54,767 nt of DNA, taken from contig NC_068995.1 of the NCBI RefSeq assembly GCF_001194135.2, forward strand, positions 52,242,865-52,297,631. Reading direction: 5' to 3'. The stretch comes from Octopus bimaculoides (taxonomy: Eukaryota). Below are positions 37,586 to 48,965 of the stretch, piece after piece (position 1 is the stretch's first letter; the number at the start of each line of letters is the position of its first letter). The notes beneath the pieces are model-generated. The model ran no database searches and was not told the origin of the DNA. It was given only the letters and a program-made list of their open reading frames with translations. The position numbers were made by a program, and so were the translations under genes.

Positions 37586-38020
37586 GAGAGGGTATTTTTG
37601 GAATAGGAAGCACATGGATATGAATTATCAAGGGAAATATATATATCAAGCAAAGAAGAAGAAAGAGGAATGTTGCTTTATGTTAAGTGAGGTATTTCCT
37701 TTGTGTCTGTAGAACGGGAAAAACATTTCAACAAGTATAAAGATAAAAAGCAGGAATAACGATCTGTTATTTGTGTCCATCTACAGAAACCCTATCAGTA
37801 ACAATGAGAACGGCAAAAAGCTTTTGGAATTATTGCAGGAGATTGGTGAAGATAAAACAGAGAATAAAGCGGTGTTGAGGAATTTTAATTTAGTGTGCAT
37901 TGATAAGGGAATCCATTACAGTGTTATTCAAGAGAAGGTACTCTAGGATATGAATTTAATGAGAAGTGTAAGAGATTGTTATTTCTCATGTGCACACGAC
38001 ATAACAAGATTTAAAGGGAA
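37586..38020 (+). pseudogene. CR1/L2-type LINE apurinic endonuclease relic
   Basis: IFGIGSTW / RGMLLYVK / LFVSIYRNP..NNENGKKLLELLQEI...VLRNFN...ID...RDCYF..HDITRFKG follows the APE motif order (ITETW, GGVxLYV, IYRxP, GDFN, TR); stops and frameshifts present. Confidence 0.75.
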
Positions 38021-38130
38021 ACATAGTTCATGGTGTAGTTTCTGAAGATGAAGAATTTGTGGATGATGTATGTATAAAGTGAGTTGGTTAGTCATTAAGT
38101 GACCACCACCGCCACCACCACTACTATGAT

Positions 38131-38498
38131 TATCATCATCGTTTTTACATCCATTTCTCTATGCTTGCATGAGCTGAGTGGAGTTTATTGAGGTACATTT
38201 TCTACGGTTGGATGCCTTTCCTCTCACCAACCTTTAACTGTTTTCAAGCAAGATGATATTTCCCCATGGCCAGACGTATTTTTGCAGAATATTGGAAATT
38301 GGATATTACACAATGTGAAGATAAGGAGATGCAAACACACACACTCATATATGACAGGCTTCCATACAGTTTCCATCTGCCAAATCTACTTACAAGGCAT
38401 TGGTCAGTCTGGGGCTGTAGTAGACAACATTTGCTCAAGGTGCCATGCAGTGGGATTGAAACCGAAGCTATGTGGTTGTAAAGCGAGCTTCTGAACCT
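38131..38498 (-). mobile_element. SINE A2 (family A head + RTE-type tail)
   Basis: Homologous to 1364-1742. Confidence 0.75.
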
Positions 38499-38698
38499 GA
38501 TTTTAATGCTGGCGCATTTTTATTCATTTGTCATTAATGCAGTCAATTATTCACCATTCATTCATAATTCATTTAATCAGTCAGTTAGTCATTGATCATT
38601 CATTGATGATTCAGCCATCAATTTAGTTTGTTTATTCAAATGGCTGTTATGCTCAGTTGCTCTGGATGTCTTTAGGCACCAACTGTTTGGTCACCCAT

Positions 38699-39008
38699 TA
38701 GCCATGGACAACTATATAGTGACCATAATTTATGTCACATGAGACATGACTTATCATAAGGTGGGCTGCATGAGACATGGTTCATCATAAGGTGGACCAC
38801 ATGATACATAGCTTATCATAAGGCAGGATGCATGAGATATAGGTTATCATAAGGCAGACAGCATGAGACAAGGCCTATCTTTGCTTATCTTAGAGTGGGC
38901 CACATGAGACATGGCTTATTATAAGGCAGGTAACTTTCCGATTGCCATGTCATTCATAAAGTCTCATGGGCAACATACGGCTCATGGATCGCAGTTTGCC
39001 TTTGACTG
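38699..39008. mobile_element. hAT MITE of the 34049 family carrying a 31-bp minisatellite
   Basis: Ends tagccatggacaac / gtttgcctttgactg; six units of about catgagacatggcttatcataaggtgggcca at 38738-38933; no TSD match. Confidence 0.55.
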
Positions 39009-39959
39009 GTCTAAGTCACAGAGAATTACCAAATGGCCAATCTGAGTCGTCATTTGAGACCTCATCCACGGGAGGAGAAAGTAATGTTGTTTTTATACAA
39101 AAGCCATGGTCATGATTCTAACGACAGATAGTAATTCAACAACTCCTGATAACCTTAGGGTGCTGACGATGGTGTGGAGTATGTAGTTCATAATGTCATC
39201 ATGCTTGACGTAAGTGAAAGCTGCAGTTGATCGATTGATCGCTGATGATGGGGATGATGGTGATGTTGGTGATGATGATGATGATGATGATGATGATGAC
39301 AATCATCATCGCCGCCGCTGCCGCCACCACCACCATTCTTCATTCATTAAACTAGTCATTAATTCATCATTTACTGAGGCACTTATTTATTCAGTCATTA
39401 ATTTAATTATTAATTAATTCAATCATTAATATATTTATCCTTTTATTCTTTCAGGCACTCACTCATTTATTTATTCATTCTTTCATTCAGTCAGTCGATC
39501 AGTTGGTCATTATCTAATTAATTATTCAATTAATTCAATAATTCATTATCCGTCTCAGTCATTCATTCTTCTGTTCTTTCCTTTCACCATTCTCTCCTTC
39601 ATTTAGCACATTCAAGTGAACCTTATAGGATTCACTTTTAACATGATTCTTGATAGAATTAGCTAAAAAGCGCTGAGATAGGATATCTTCAACAATGGAG
39701 GCTTCGAACTCAGCATTACAAGCTCAAGGAAAATACTTTAATATTTCTAAGATTTTACTGTTCTGCTGCTGCTGTTTGCAAAAGGTAATAATTATTTACA
39801 TCTAATTGGACAAAACCATTTGAGTTTTAAGCACTTCTTCTGTCTTGTGAGTGAGCTGCACTTGCTCATGGTTATCTATTTAACATGTGGTAGTGCTTGC
39901 TCCAGTATGGTCAGAATCAAGCAGGTGGAATGAATTAAAGGAGATAATAAATAAAGCAA

Positions 39960-40201
39960 ATTAGAGGAATCTTTAATAGTTCAGTTTTTTTTTGTTTTGT
40001 TAAAGATATAGCAGGCGATTGTAATATGTGCAGTTTCTCGTAGAGATAAACGCAACACTTGTGCGCTCTTACTGAATGAAGACGGGAGGCCATGTCAAGT
40101 AGTTCCAGGTTATAACCTGAAACTTCTCGACATGGGATGATATTTCCCTGGTCTCGAAGCTTCCAGATAAAATGAGAGAAGTGGGTGGAGATTTTCCTGT
40201 T
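39960..40201 (-). pseudogene. Penelope-like element, distal GIY-YIG endonuclease relic
   Basis: RKISTHFSHFIWKLRDQG...KCCVYLYEKLHIL......LTKQKKTELL matches the PLE pattern STxLSxxIWKLK...CxLCxxEKxxIL...LNxRxEL. Confidence 0.7.
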
Positions 40202-40206
40202 CAGCA

Positions 40207-40476
40207 TTGTGTGCTACAATAGAAACAAAGCATATAACCATAAAAGTTTCATCTCAGGCACACTCTTGCAATTGCCGAAACCAATATATTTGCCCAATGA
40301 GAGGATTCTGCTTTTCCAAGTCCAAGCTAGTGGTCATAAAACAACACTATGAGATTCTATCTCTTAGAAACTTCATGGGATTTACAACCAAAGACTTCAA
40401 GAGAAGGTTAACTCATTATACGTGCTCGCTCAAGTCCTGAGACAGAAAAAAGTTCACCTTAGAGTCTCATTTTATT
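40207..40476 (+). pseudogene. Penelope-like element, proximal GIY-YIG relic in the opposite orientation
   Basis: HSCNCRNQYICPMRGFCFSKS...NFMGFTTKDFKRRLTHY..S matches the PLE pattern CNCR..CPL.G.CL...YIGxT...FKxR..H. Confidence 0.75.
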
Positions 40477-41869
40477 GTGGATGGATGTCGTGGGAAGGCT
40501 TCAAAACAAGGGTAATGGCACATTCTCAACAAGATTCAACCTTACTTGTGTCACTGCTGTGCTTGTCTCTATCAGGAAATGCAAATATTGCAATAGCAAT
40601 AACCAAAGAGTGATTCGTCATTCTCCAGCCCCATCTCTCTAATTTTAAGCCATTATATAAACTATTAATGAAATTTAAATTTCGCAGTAATTGCTAAAAA
40701 GAGCAAGGGGGGTTACTCCTAGCTGTTATATCAGAGTTGCCTCCCATGCAAGCAACTATCACTAACTACCAAGATACCTATTAACATTACATCATGAGAA
40801 GTGACCAATGAGAATGAAATTCATACAAAGACAGACAGGCACGATGACCGTCATACCACTTAGTATTAAACATCTGAGCAATCCGATGTAGTTTTTGCAT
40901 CTGTATGTCACACTTTTAATAATAATTATAACAATCATTTCCACTACCAGAGCATACTGAGGAATTCCAATCACATTTCGGGGTCTGCTACCTCAACAGC
41001 TCCTTTATAGGATCCAGTTAGCTCAAGACATCATCCGGAAGAACCACGTCTGGTTTCGGCCCCTACTCCTTTACCCTTTTTGATGTGGTGGAGCCTCTCC
41101 CCCCCCCCCCATCTTTTGGAGGTGTCTTCAGCTCTCTTGTTGAGTGCATTATTCTTTGGCCTTTTGTTCTTTCTTTGAAACAACGGCAATGAATGTCAGC
41201 GGGCAAATAACCATTCTGCTAAATGTCGCTTTAAATACTCGGCGGTAGGCTCCAGCAGTTAGCACCGGCTAAGTGTCACATGACACTATCTAACCTTCAA
41301 CTGGCCAATGGGTCAGTGCTGAATGAACCACTGATAAACAAAGCTTGCATGAACCAAACAAATACTAGGGTCAAGTTAATCGGTCCTAGTCCTTAATCCC
41401 CAAAACCTGCAGCTTTGTACCGGTGTTAGAAATTGTATTAAATATGCTAGCACTAATTAAACTTTTGTTACTTGGGTGTTGTTGACGAGTGAAAGAAAAA
41501 CTTGGCAGAATGAACCATAACTTGAGAACGTTAATTGTTAGCTGGTTTATATGTTCTGTGGTAGGTGTGGTGGTGGTGGTAGAAGTGAGCTGTGTGTTGT
41601 TCGGGTGGTGAGGTTGTGAGCAGTGACTGGACGCGTTATTAGTTTTGGGTGTGTATTCATCATTTGCCTTGTATTATGTAACTTGTGTGTGTATGTAAAA
41701 TACATATGTATGCGGTTGTAATGTATTTTCTTACTGGTTTCAGTCATTCGATTGTGGCCAGAATATAGACTTCCTTTCAAACGCATACACATGTATTTGC
41801 ATATATACACCAGAATACACACACACACACACATACATATATAATTGTGTAAACACACACGTGTGTGTG

Positions 41870-41977
41870 TGTGTGTATTCAAGTGTATAAATGCAAATAC
41901 ATGTGTATGTGTTTACACAAATGTGTATGTATGTATGTATATATGTATATATGTGTATACGCATATACATATATATG

Positions 41978-42017
<40 letters not shown>

Positions 42018-42215
42018 TGTATATACATATATATGTATATACATATATATACATATATATGTATATACATATATATACATATATATGTATATACATACAC
42101 ACACGCATATATATATATATGCACATGTATATATATATATATAATGTATATATGTGTATATATGTGTGTTTATACACACATGCACGCACACACACACACA
42201 CATACATAACTGTAC
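41870..42215 (+). repeat. Compound (TA/TATG/TACA/CA)n microsatellite
   Basis: Directly visible; source of several spurious ORFs. Confidence 0.95.
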
Positions 42216-42886
42216 AAACATATATAGCATGTGACTGTGACTGGTTGGTCATGTGTAGAGTTAATGTTCTGTCATCGTTGTTGATGGTTTGTTATTTCGT
42301 TTGATTACGCAGGAGTATTTTGGTAAGTGATTAATAAATAGGTGATTATTCTCTGCAATTTATCCAGAAGATTGTTTTGGCGTTCTTTATTCAAGAGTTA
42401 AAAATCTCTCTTTTGTATGTATGCCTGTGTGCTTGTCTGTCTGTGTGTGTGTGTAAAAAAGGAGGCTTCTATTGTTCCATCTGTAGGCACATGGTTAATT
42501 ATCTCGAGGTGGATGGAGATGTCTGGTCTATTAAGTAATTGTCTTCATTTTCCACATTAACAAAAGTTTTCAGCTTCGTCTGTTAACATTTATATTTTCA
42601 TGCTAACTAAACTGGAGACACCTTAAGCATTTGTCTAGTCGGTGGTTGTATATCGTCTGATCATTTACCTTAATTGAAAAACAAAAAAAATTAAGTAATT
42701 ATAAATCCTTGAAGAGAGTCAGTCTTTTGCAGTAATTTAGGTTCTTTTCTCAAAATTTGATCTCACTGCCTCATGGTGACGAGACTGTGGTTGTGCTTTC
42801 AATGCGACATCAATGCACAGCTAGGCACATACACCAGGGTGTGCACCCTTAGCTAGGAAGGTGCCATACTGAAGTAAATATTTATT

Positions 42887-43210
42887 GTGCCGGTGGCACG
42901 TGTAAAGACATTCGAGTGAGATCGTTGCCAGTGCTGATGGACTGGCTCCTGTGCAGGTGGCACATAAAATACACCATTTTGAGCGTGGCCATTGCCAGTA
43001 CCGCCTGACTGGCATTCGTGCTGGTGGCACGTAAAAGTACCCACTACACTCTCAGAGTGGTTGGCGTTAGCAAGGGCATCCAGCTGTAGAAACTCTGCCA
43101 GATCAGATTGGAGCCTGGTGTAGCCATCTGGTTCACCAGTCCTCAGTCAAATCGTCCAACCCATGCTAGCATGGAAAGCGGACGTTAAACGATGATGATG
43201 ATGATGATGA
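42887..43210 (+). mobile_element. RTE-tail retroposon (SINE-like or truncated RTE 3'UTR) with internal tandem units
   Basis: Three gtgcNggtggcac units at 42887, 42951 and 43018; ends cccatgctagcatggaaagcggacgttaaac(gat)n. Confidence 0.85.
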
Positions 43211-43224
43211 TCGACCCTGAAAGG

Positions 43225-43408
43225 ATACAACTGGAATAGGTGTGTTTACGCCCACAGAACTTAGCAGTTCGGCAAAAAGAGCACCAATGGAAAAAGTACC
43301 AGCCTCAAAATATAAGTACCGGTGGCGATTCGTTCAAATAAAATTCCTCAAGGCAGTGCCCCAGCATGGCCGCAGCCTAATGACCGTAACAAGTAAGAGA
43401 TAAAAGAT
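43225..43408 (+). mobile_element. SINE family A 3' half
   Basis: gtttacgccc..aacttagcagttcggc...gcagtgccccagcatggccgcag...acaagtaagagataaaaga. Confidence 0.75.
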
Positions 43409-43693
43409 AAAAGATTTTAACATTCGTTGTGTTTAGTGTCGTTGTAATGATGTAATTAAAGTCTAGGTTATTGATAGAGGGGCGGCGGATAATTAACTTT
43501 ATTACGTTGGTAATATAGTCTGGAATGTTAGTCAAATTAGTAGACTTGTTTTCAGATGTAATTACTATTCTACTTATCTTGTAATTACTTATCAATTAAG
43601 CAGCAGTGAGCACTGCATAGTGATCAGTAAGCTGCATCCAAGATGGAGAAATCCCCGGATAAAGATTTTGTACTTTTATTTTACGTGAAGAAC

Positions 43694-44078
43694 GCACAGT
43701 AGTGGCTGTGTGGTAAGAAGTTTGCTCCCTAACTACATGCTTCCAGGTTCAGTCCCACTGCATGGCATCTTCAGTAAATGTCTTCTACTCGTACTACAGC
43801 CCCAGGCCGAGCAAAGCATTGTGAGGGGATTTGGTAGGTGGAATCTGAAGGAAGCCCCTTGTATGTGCGTTTGTGCGTGTGTGAGTGCGTGCACGATTTT
43901 ATTTCCCCTCGTTGCTTGACAACCGATGTTGGTTTGTTTACGCCCCCATAACTTAGCATTTTGTTAAATGAGCATGACACAATAAGTATCAAAGTACTGG
44001 AATCGATTCAGTCAACTGAATCCTGTATAGTGGTGCCCCAGCATGGTCGAAATTCAATGCCTGAAACAAATGAAAGAC
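43694..44078 (+). mobile_element. Full-length SINE family A, diverged
   Basis: Head, core, middle and tail are colinear. Confidence 0.8.
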
Positions 44079-44508
44079 ATTGCCTAGGTTCTTCAGAAAA
44101 GCATGACAGTCACAGCAGCCCCTATCTCCTTCTATAAGCTTCGTCAAAATAAAAACCATCTAGTTTTGAGGGTATAAGTTATTTTGTATATCCCTGAGTA
44201 GTCTCATACCCCTCATTAAGGCGGTGCACTGGACGGCACTGCCCCTTCACTTTTCATAGGTGAATCCTTGGATTTACAGTGATATACTTATTTTTGAAAC
44301 TCCCAGGCACCAAAGTCTGGTGTCGAGTCTGAGCAGACCCATGGCTATCATTTTACTTTAGCAGAAATCATGATTTTCTCAAAGAGTTTCCTCATTAATG
44401 CACACACACAAAAATGTATATATATATATATAATGATAATGATACATATAGAGAGATTTGCATATGTACATATACGTACATGTATTTATGTACATACATG
44501 TGCATCTC

Positions 44509-44950
44509 CATATTGAGAGAGGCAAAACAGTCTTCTCAAGATGTAAATACAACTGAGAAAGGCTGTAATCTGGGCAGTGCGCTTTCGGAGGAGTCTGTCA
44601 TGAGACCAAACACGCTTTTCTTTATGCGGTGTCAATGTCAGAATTGAGACACATTGGAGGAATGCATACATCAATCGATTCTTCCAGGAGCCATAATTTT
44701 CAGTGACTTGTGGAGGGTCTACTCTCACATTCCTGAAATTGATGGTTATAATTTTCAACACAGAACAGTTAACCAGAAAGATGATACCCACATGCAACAG
44801 GTGGAAAGCACCCGAGCCTCTGTAAAATGAAGTAATAAACGACGCTGTGGAACCCACCGTTCTATGGTTGACTTGAATCTCCACAAGTTTATGTGGTGCA
44901 AGAGATATGAAAACTGTAATTTGACAAACTTCCATTCTCTAATAGGTTAA
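44509..44950 (+). pseudogene. Merlin (IS1016/IS1595-like) DDE transposase relic
   Basis: IERGKTVFSRCKYN*...QCAFGGVCHETKHAFLYAV / TLEECI..SILPGAIIFSDLWRVY...HRTVN...HMQQVES...KFMWCKR matches Merlin motifs (DExxF..RKYNRG, WVFGG, I.PG..I.SD.W..Y, H.TVNH, HTQ.IE, EF.WR); stops and one frameshift. Confidence 0.85.
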
Positions 44951-46254
44951 TTTGATCTGCATTACTCTTCTAATTTATATTGTCATCTGTATTTCTCATA
45001 GTTTAATTGAATGCACTAGCATGGGCATGCAGGCTGTGGCATAAAAAAGAGGGATAAAACTTCGGTCAAAGATTGTTGTAGTTACTTTTGAGTAAAGATG
45101 TTTAGATTTTCAACATTTAATACTACTTTGGAACTGTCATTCAACTTTTACTTTTGATTCCTGTCATGATCTTCAGGGTGTTCTTTTAGAACCCTCAAAA
45201 GATTGAAGATTTATGTACACAATATTAAGAGACAAGACTGTATCATTTGGTTTTCATTTGTATCAAACTGGTGCATGAATATGCAGTTCTACATTAAAAT
45301 CTTGCTAAGATTACCAACATTAATGGCTTCAGAAAGAATAAGAGACCACTTCTGTTCTGAGCTCAGATTTGAAATTCTGATTTATCAATAATTTGCAAAT
45401 AGCAAAAATGTCATCAAATATTGACATTTTGTATCAAACGTTTCTTTTATTTGCAATATTTTTGTTGTACTAGCATTATAATTTCTTAATTACATTATTA
45501 ATTAGCTTAATCAACTTGTTCTATTATAATACTTTGTTTTTTTTTTCGGTCCATTAAAAATATTTTTTTCAGGTAAAAAAAGCTCATGTTCTGCTCCAGC
45601 ATGTTTCACCTGAAAAATGTTGCTCACATGTCTATATGTACTGCTGTTAGTAAATGTTCTTATTTATTCTTCTCCTGTGTACGTTATTGTTCCCCGTTTG
45701 AAGTTAAATACACAGAAAGTCGCTCGAAGCACGACTGCTTGCTTCTCGTTAGTGCCATTCCAGTTGCCAACCTCACAATAAACAAAAATATAGCAACCTT
45801 TTTAAGGCTGAATCATTGTTGAGATGCGAAAATAAAATTGTCACATGGTAAAACAATATGTGTTTATTTAATAATGAAATGCGATAGTGATCCTTGTTTA
45901 TTTTTTTGATGATTCCTAGAACTCTTAGGTTTTTCAACAAAAAAAAAAAGGCTAAACTCATAAATATATGCATGTATACATGCTAAGTACCTCTGTTAAA
46001 CAGGCTTGACCATGTCTCTATAGTTGTATGATGTGCAGGCTTAATCAAGGTTTTTCACTGACAAATTGTTATCCATACATGTGAATCTCCCCTTTCCATA
46101 TCATTGATGATTTTTGGAAGGGATGAATACTGCTTCTGGGACAATACAGCTTGTCACAAGTGTTGCAGTCAGACCATGCTGAGAATCAGAACAAAAGCAG
46201 GCAAGGCATTTTATCCAAAGCTCTAATGATTCCGACAATTTATATATGGTGAAT

Positions 46255-46257
<3 letters not shown>

Positions 46258-46326
<69 letters not shown>
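46258..46326 (+). repeat. (TA)n microsatellite
   Basis: Directly visible; similar tracts at 1-58, 48897-48963 and 50597-50626. Confidence 0.95.
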
Positions 46327-46329
<3 letters not shown>

Positions 46330-46989
46330 TGAATACTCCATCTTTACAGACTGCTGTCTCTTTGTTATTCCTCATTGTCAATGAAATTTTTGTCTTTCCA
46401 TCCATGACGTCTCAGATGACTATTAGACCCGCTGCAGACCTGCATGGTTTGATGCATAGGTGACCGATGAAATTTAACTGACTGTGCACTTGCAACTGGT
46501 TAGGTCAGCACATGACACCACTCATCCATCACAAGAGGACTTTCAGTAAATAGAACGACAAATGAGGTCAAATAAAAAGACATCTTTACGTCACTGGATT
46601 ATAGTGATAAATGCTAAGCAAGAGCAAGATGGCCAGTAATCATGTGAACCTGCAGGTTTTACATGAGTGTCCCTCTTTTAGAAGGATCCAGTGACAACAG
46701 CTAGAGGTCCTTCACTTTCAGTGGTTTTACTGTGCACTGTAACACGAACCTGGGGTAATTCTATGTCCCTGCACTCAGACGGGGTGTCATCACATATCGT
46801 AGTGAACCCATAGCTGGGATCCTGACAGATGCAACTACTTCAAGTCAAAGTAGACCTCAGAACAGTGGTGGCTCAGAGATAGTTCCATGCTCCACGAATT
46901 CCTGGAACCCCTGAACCGGGGCCTCACTAATGGATGCAGTTTAAAGTCATCCCCTGGATATGGCTTATACATACATAGAGATGCAGGCA

Positions 46990-47340
46990 TATGCTCCCCA
47001 ACCATGTGGTCTTGGGTTCAGTCCCACTGCGTTGCACCATAGGCAGGTGTCTTTCATTATAGCCCCAGGCCAACCAAAGCCTTGTGAGTGCATGTGGTAG
47101 ATGGAAATTATGAGGAAGCTCGTCGTATATGAGTGTGTGTCTTTGTGTTTGTACTCTACCACCGCTTGACGACCGATTTTGATTTGTTTACGTCCCCGTA
47201 ACTTAGTCGTTCGACAAAAAACACCGATAGAATAAGTACCAGACTTTAAAAATAAGTACTGGAGTCGATTTGTTCGACTAAAGCTTCAAGGCGGTGCCCC
47301 AGCATGGCCGCAGTCCAAAGCCTGAAACAAATAAAAGATG
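46990..47340 (+). mobile_element. Near full-length SINE family A
   Basis: gggttcagtcccactgcg...gtttacgtccccgtaacttag...gcggtgccccagcatggccgcag...gaaacaaataaaaga. Confidence 0.85.
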
Positions 47341-47884
47341 TATGAGCGTAAAGTACATACAACCACACACACACATATTTATATAGAATTATATTACATA
47401 TTCCTTTAGTTTCACTCTTTGGACGAACAATGTTGGGGAATGTCTTTCAACGGGTTCTATTATATAGTTTTACACACACACACACAATCATTGAGTCTGA
47501 TAAGCACGTTGGCGTGAAACTCTAGATCCTCGAGTCACTGGTATCCGAATGAATCTTATGCATCAAGTTCGTAAAGCCTAACACACTCACACACTTTGTG
47601 TTTGAGCAGCTTCAAATACACAGACTTTTTATTTAAGACCACGAGTTGCTACTCCAGTCTTTCAAACACAATATATATACACACACACACACATACATAC
47701 ATAATTTGTGCGTATTGCACCATGCGTCGATCGCCTCGCACAGCAACATTAGTAGTAGTTAGTAACAGTCGTAGTGGTAGTAGTGATTGTACTACTACTA
47801 CATTGTCCATCATGTAACAGTTAAAATGACTTCAGCACCACTTCGTGTATTTTACACTCACAAGTCACTAACGGAGATTCTGTA

Positions 47885-48300
47885 TGCTGAATACAACAGC
47901 CAAATCTACCTCAGATCACGTTCTATCGTCTTTTAAGATTTATCAGGACAGGCACATTGCATGTATAATGTACCTCTTAAATACACAATAAAATAGGATG
48001 ATCACGATTGGAACTTAATTAATCATCATACATCTTGTCAGTCAGGACCGACCCGTGGCTAATGGAACAACAATACACATAAACCAACGAGGAAGCCTCT
48101 ACGTCGTTGCTCAACGTGCTAGAAATAACAACCAAATATCCCTTAAATCACACTCTGCCATTTCAAAAAAAAAAAAAAAAGAAAAAAAAAGGGAAAGATA
48201 CGTTGTACAGTGTAGTCGTAAATGTATACAAAACGATGAGATGGTCTACACTGGAATGTCTCTGATTACAGATGTGTGCAATCAGAGCCGCCCGGAGATA
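47885..48300 (+). mobile_element. Two tandem SINE family C fragments
   Basis: cagccaaatctacctcagatcac (47885) and ctagaaataacaaccaaatatcccttaaatcacac (48118). Confidence 0.55.
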
Positions 48301-48889
48301 ATACCACTTTTTTTTTCCACTTACACACATGTTGACTGACTGGCTTCAACACACACGTCGCACACGCGTTGCGCGGGTATTCAAGCCCCCTACTCTAAAC
48401 ATGCACACGCAAAACTATTTGTTTAAGACCTACACACACACTTATTTACAGAAGACAAAAACAAGGGCATATTTTTAACCAGTTTACACATACATACTAG
48501 CAACCTTTCAAATCCACGCGGTCCACTACGTATATACACAGCTGGGCTCACCTCGTAATGGATAGTGAGCATGAGTACACACACGCACATGCACTGCCTT
48601 GACGAATTAGCGAACTAATTAAGCGGCTGGTTGGTTAGTTAGTTTATGGGTTAGATAATTTTCTCCTTATACACACAGACATATATATACACGCAAACAT
48701 ATTCATACATATATATTCAGACATGCGCGCATACATGTATATATACAAACAGAAGTCTATTGGTAGATAAATACAAACAGAAGTCTATGTATAATTTATC
48801 TCTTCGTATCTCCCCACCACCGCTATCTTTACCTTCTCTTCTTGGGTGTGTGAATAAACGTGTGCATCTATGTAATTCAGTGTGTACAT

Positions 48890-48965
<76 letters not shown>

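Noticed and set aside
38738-38933. Regular ~31-bp repeats as a CRISPR array
   Set aside because: Contiguous units with no unique spacers, no cas genes, eukaryotic context.
41025-41062. Minus-strand GAAA-CCA(GACG)TGG-TT...CGGATGA as a hammerhead
   Set aside because: Only 4 nt are available for stem I, the core is mismatched and there is no stem II partner.
46440-46960. Possible LINE C-terminus and 3' tail
   Set aside because: Only faint WLG/basic motifs; family cannot be supported.
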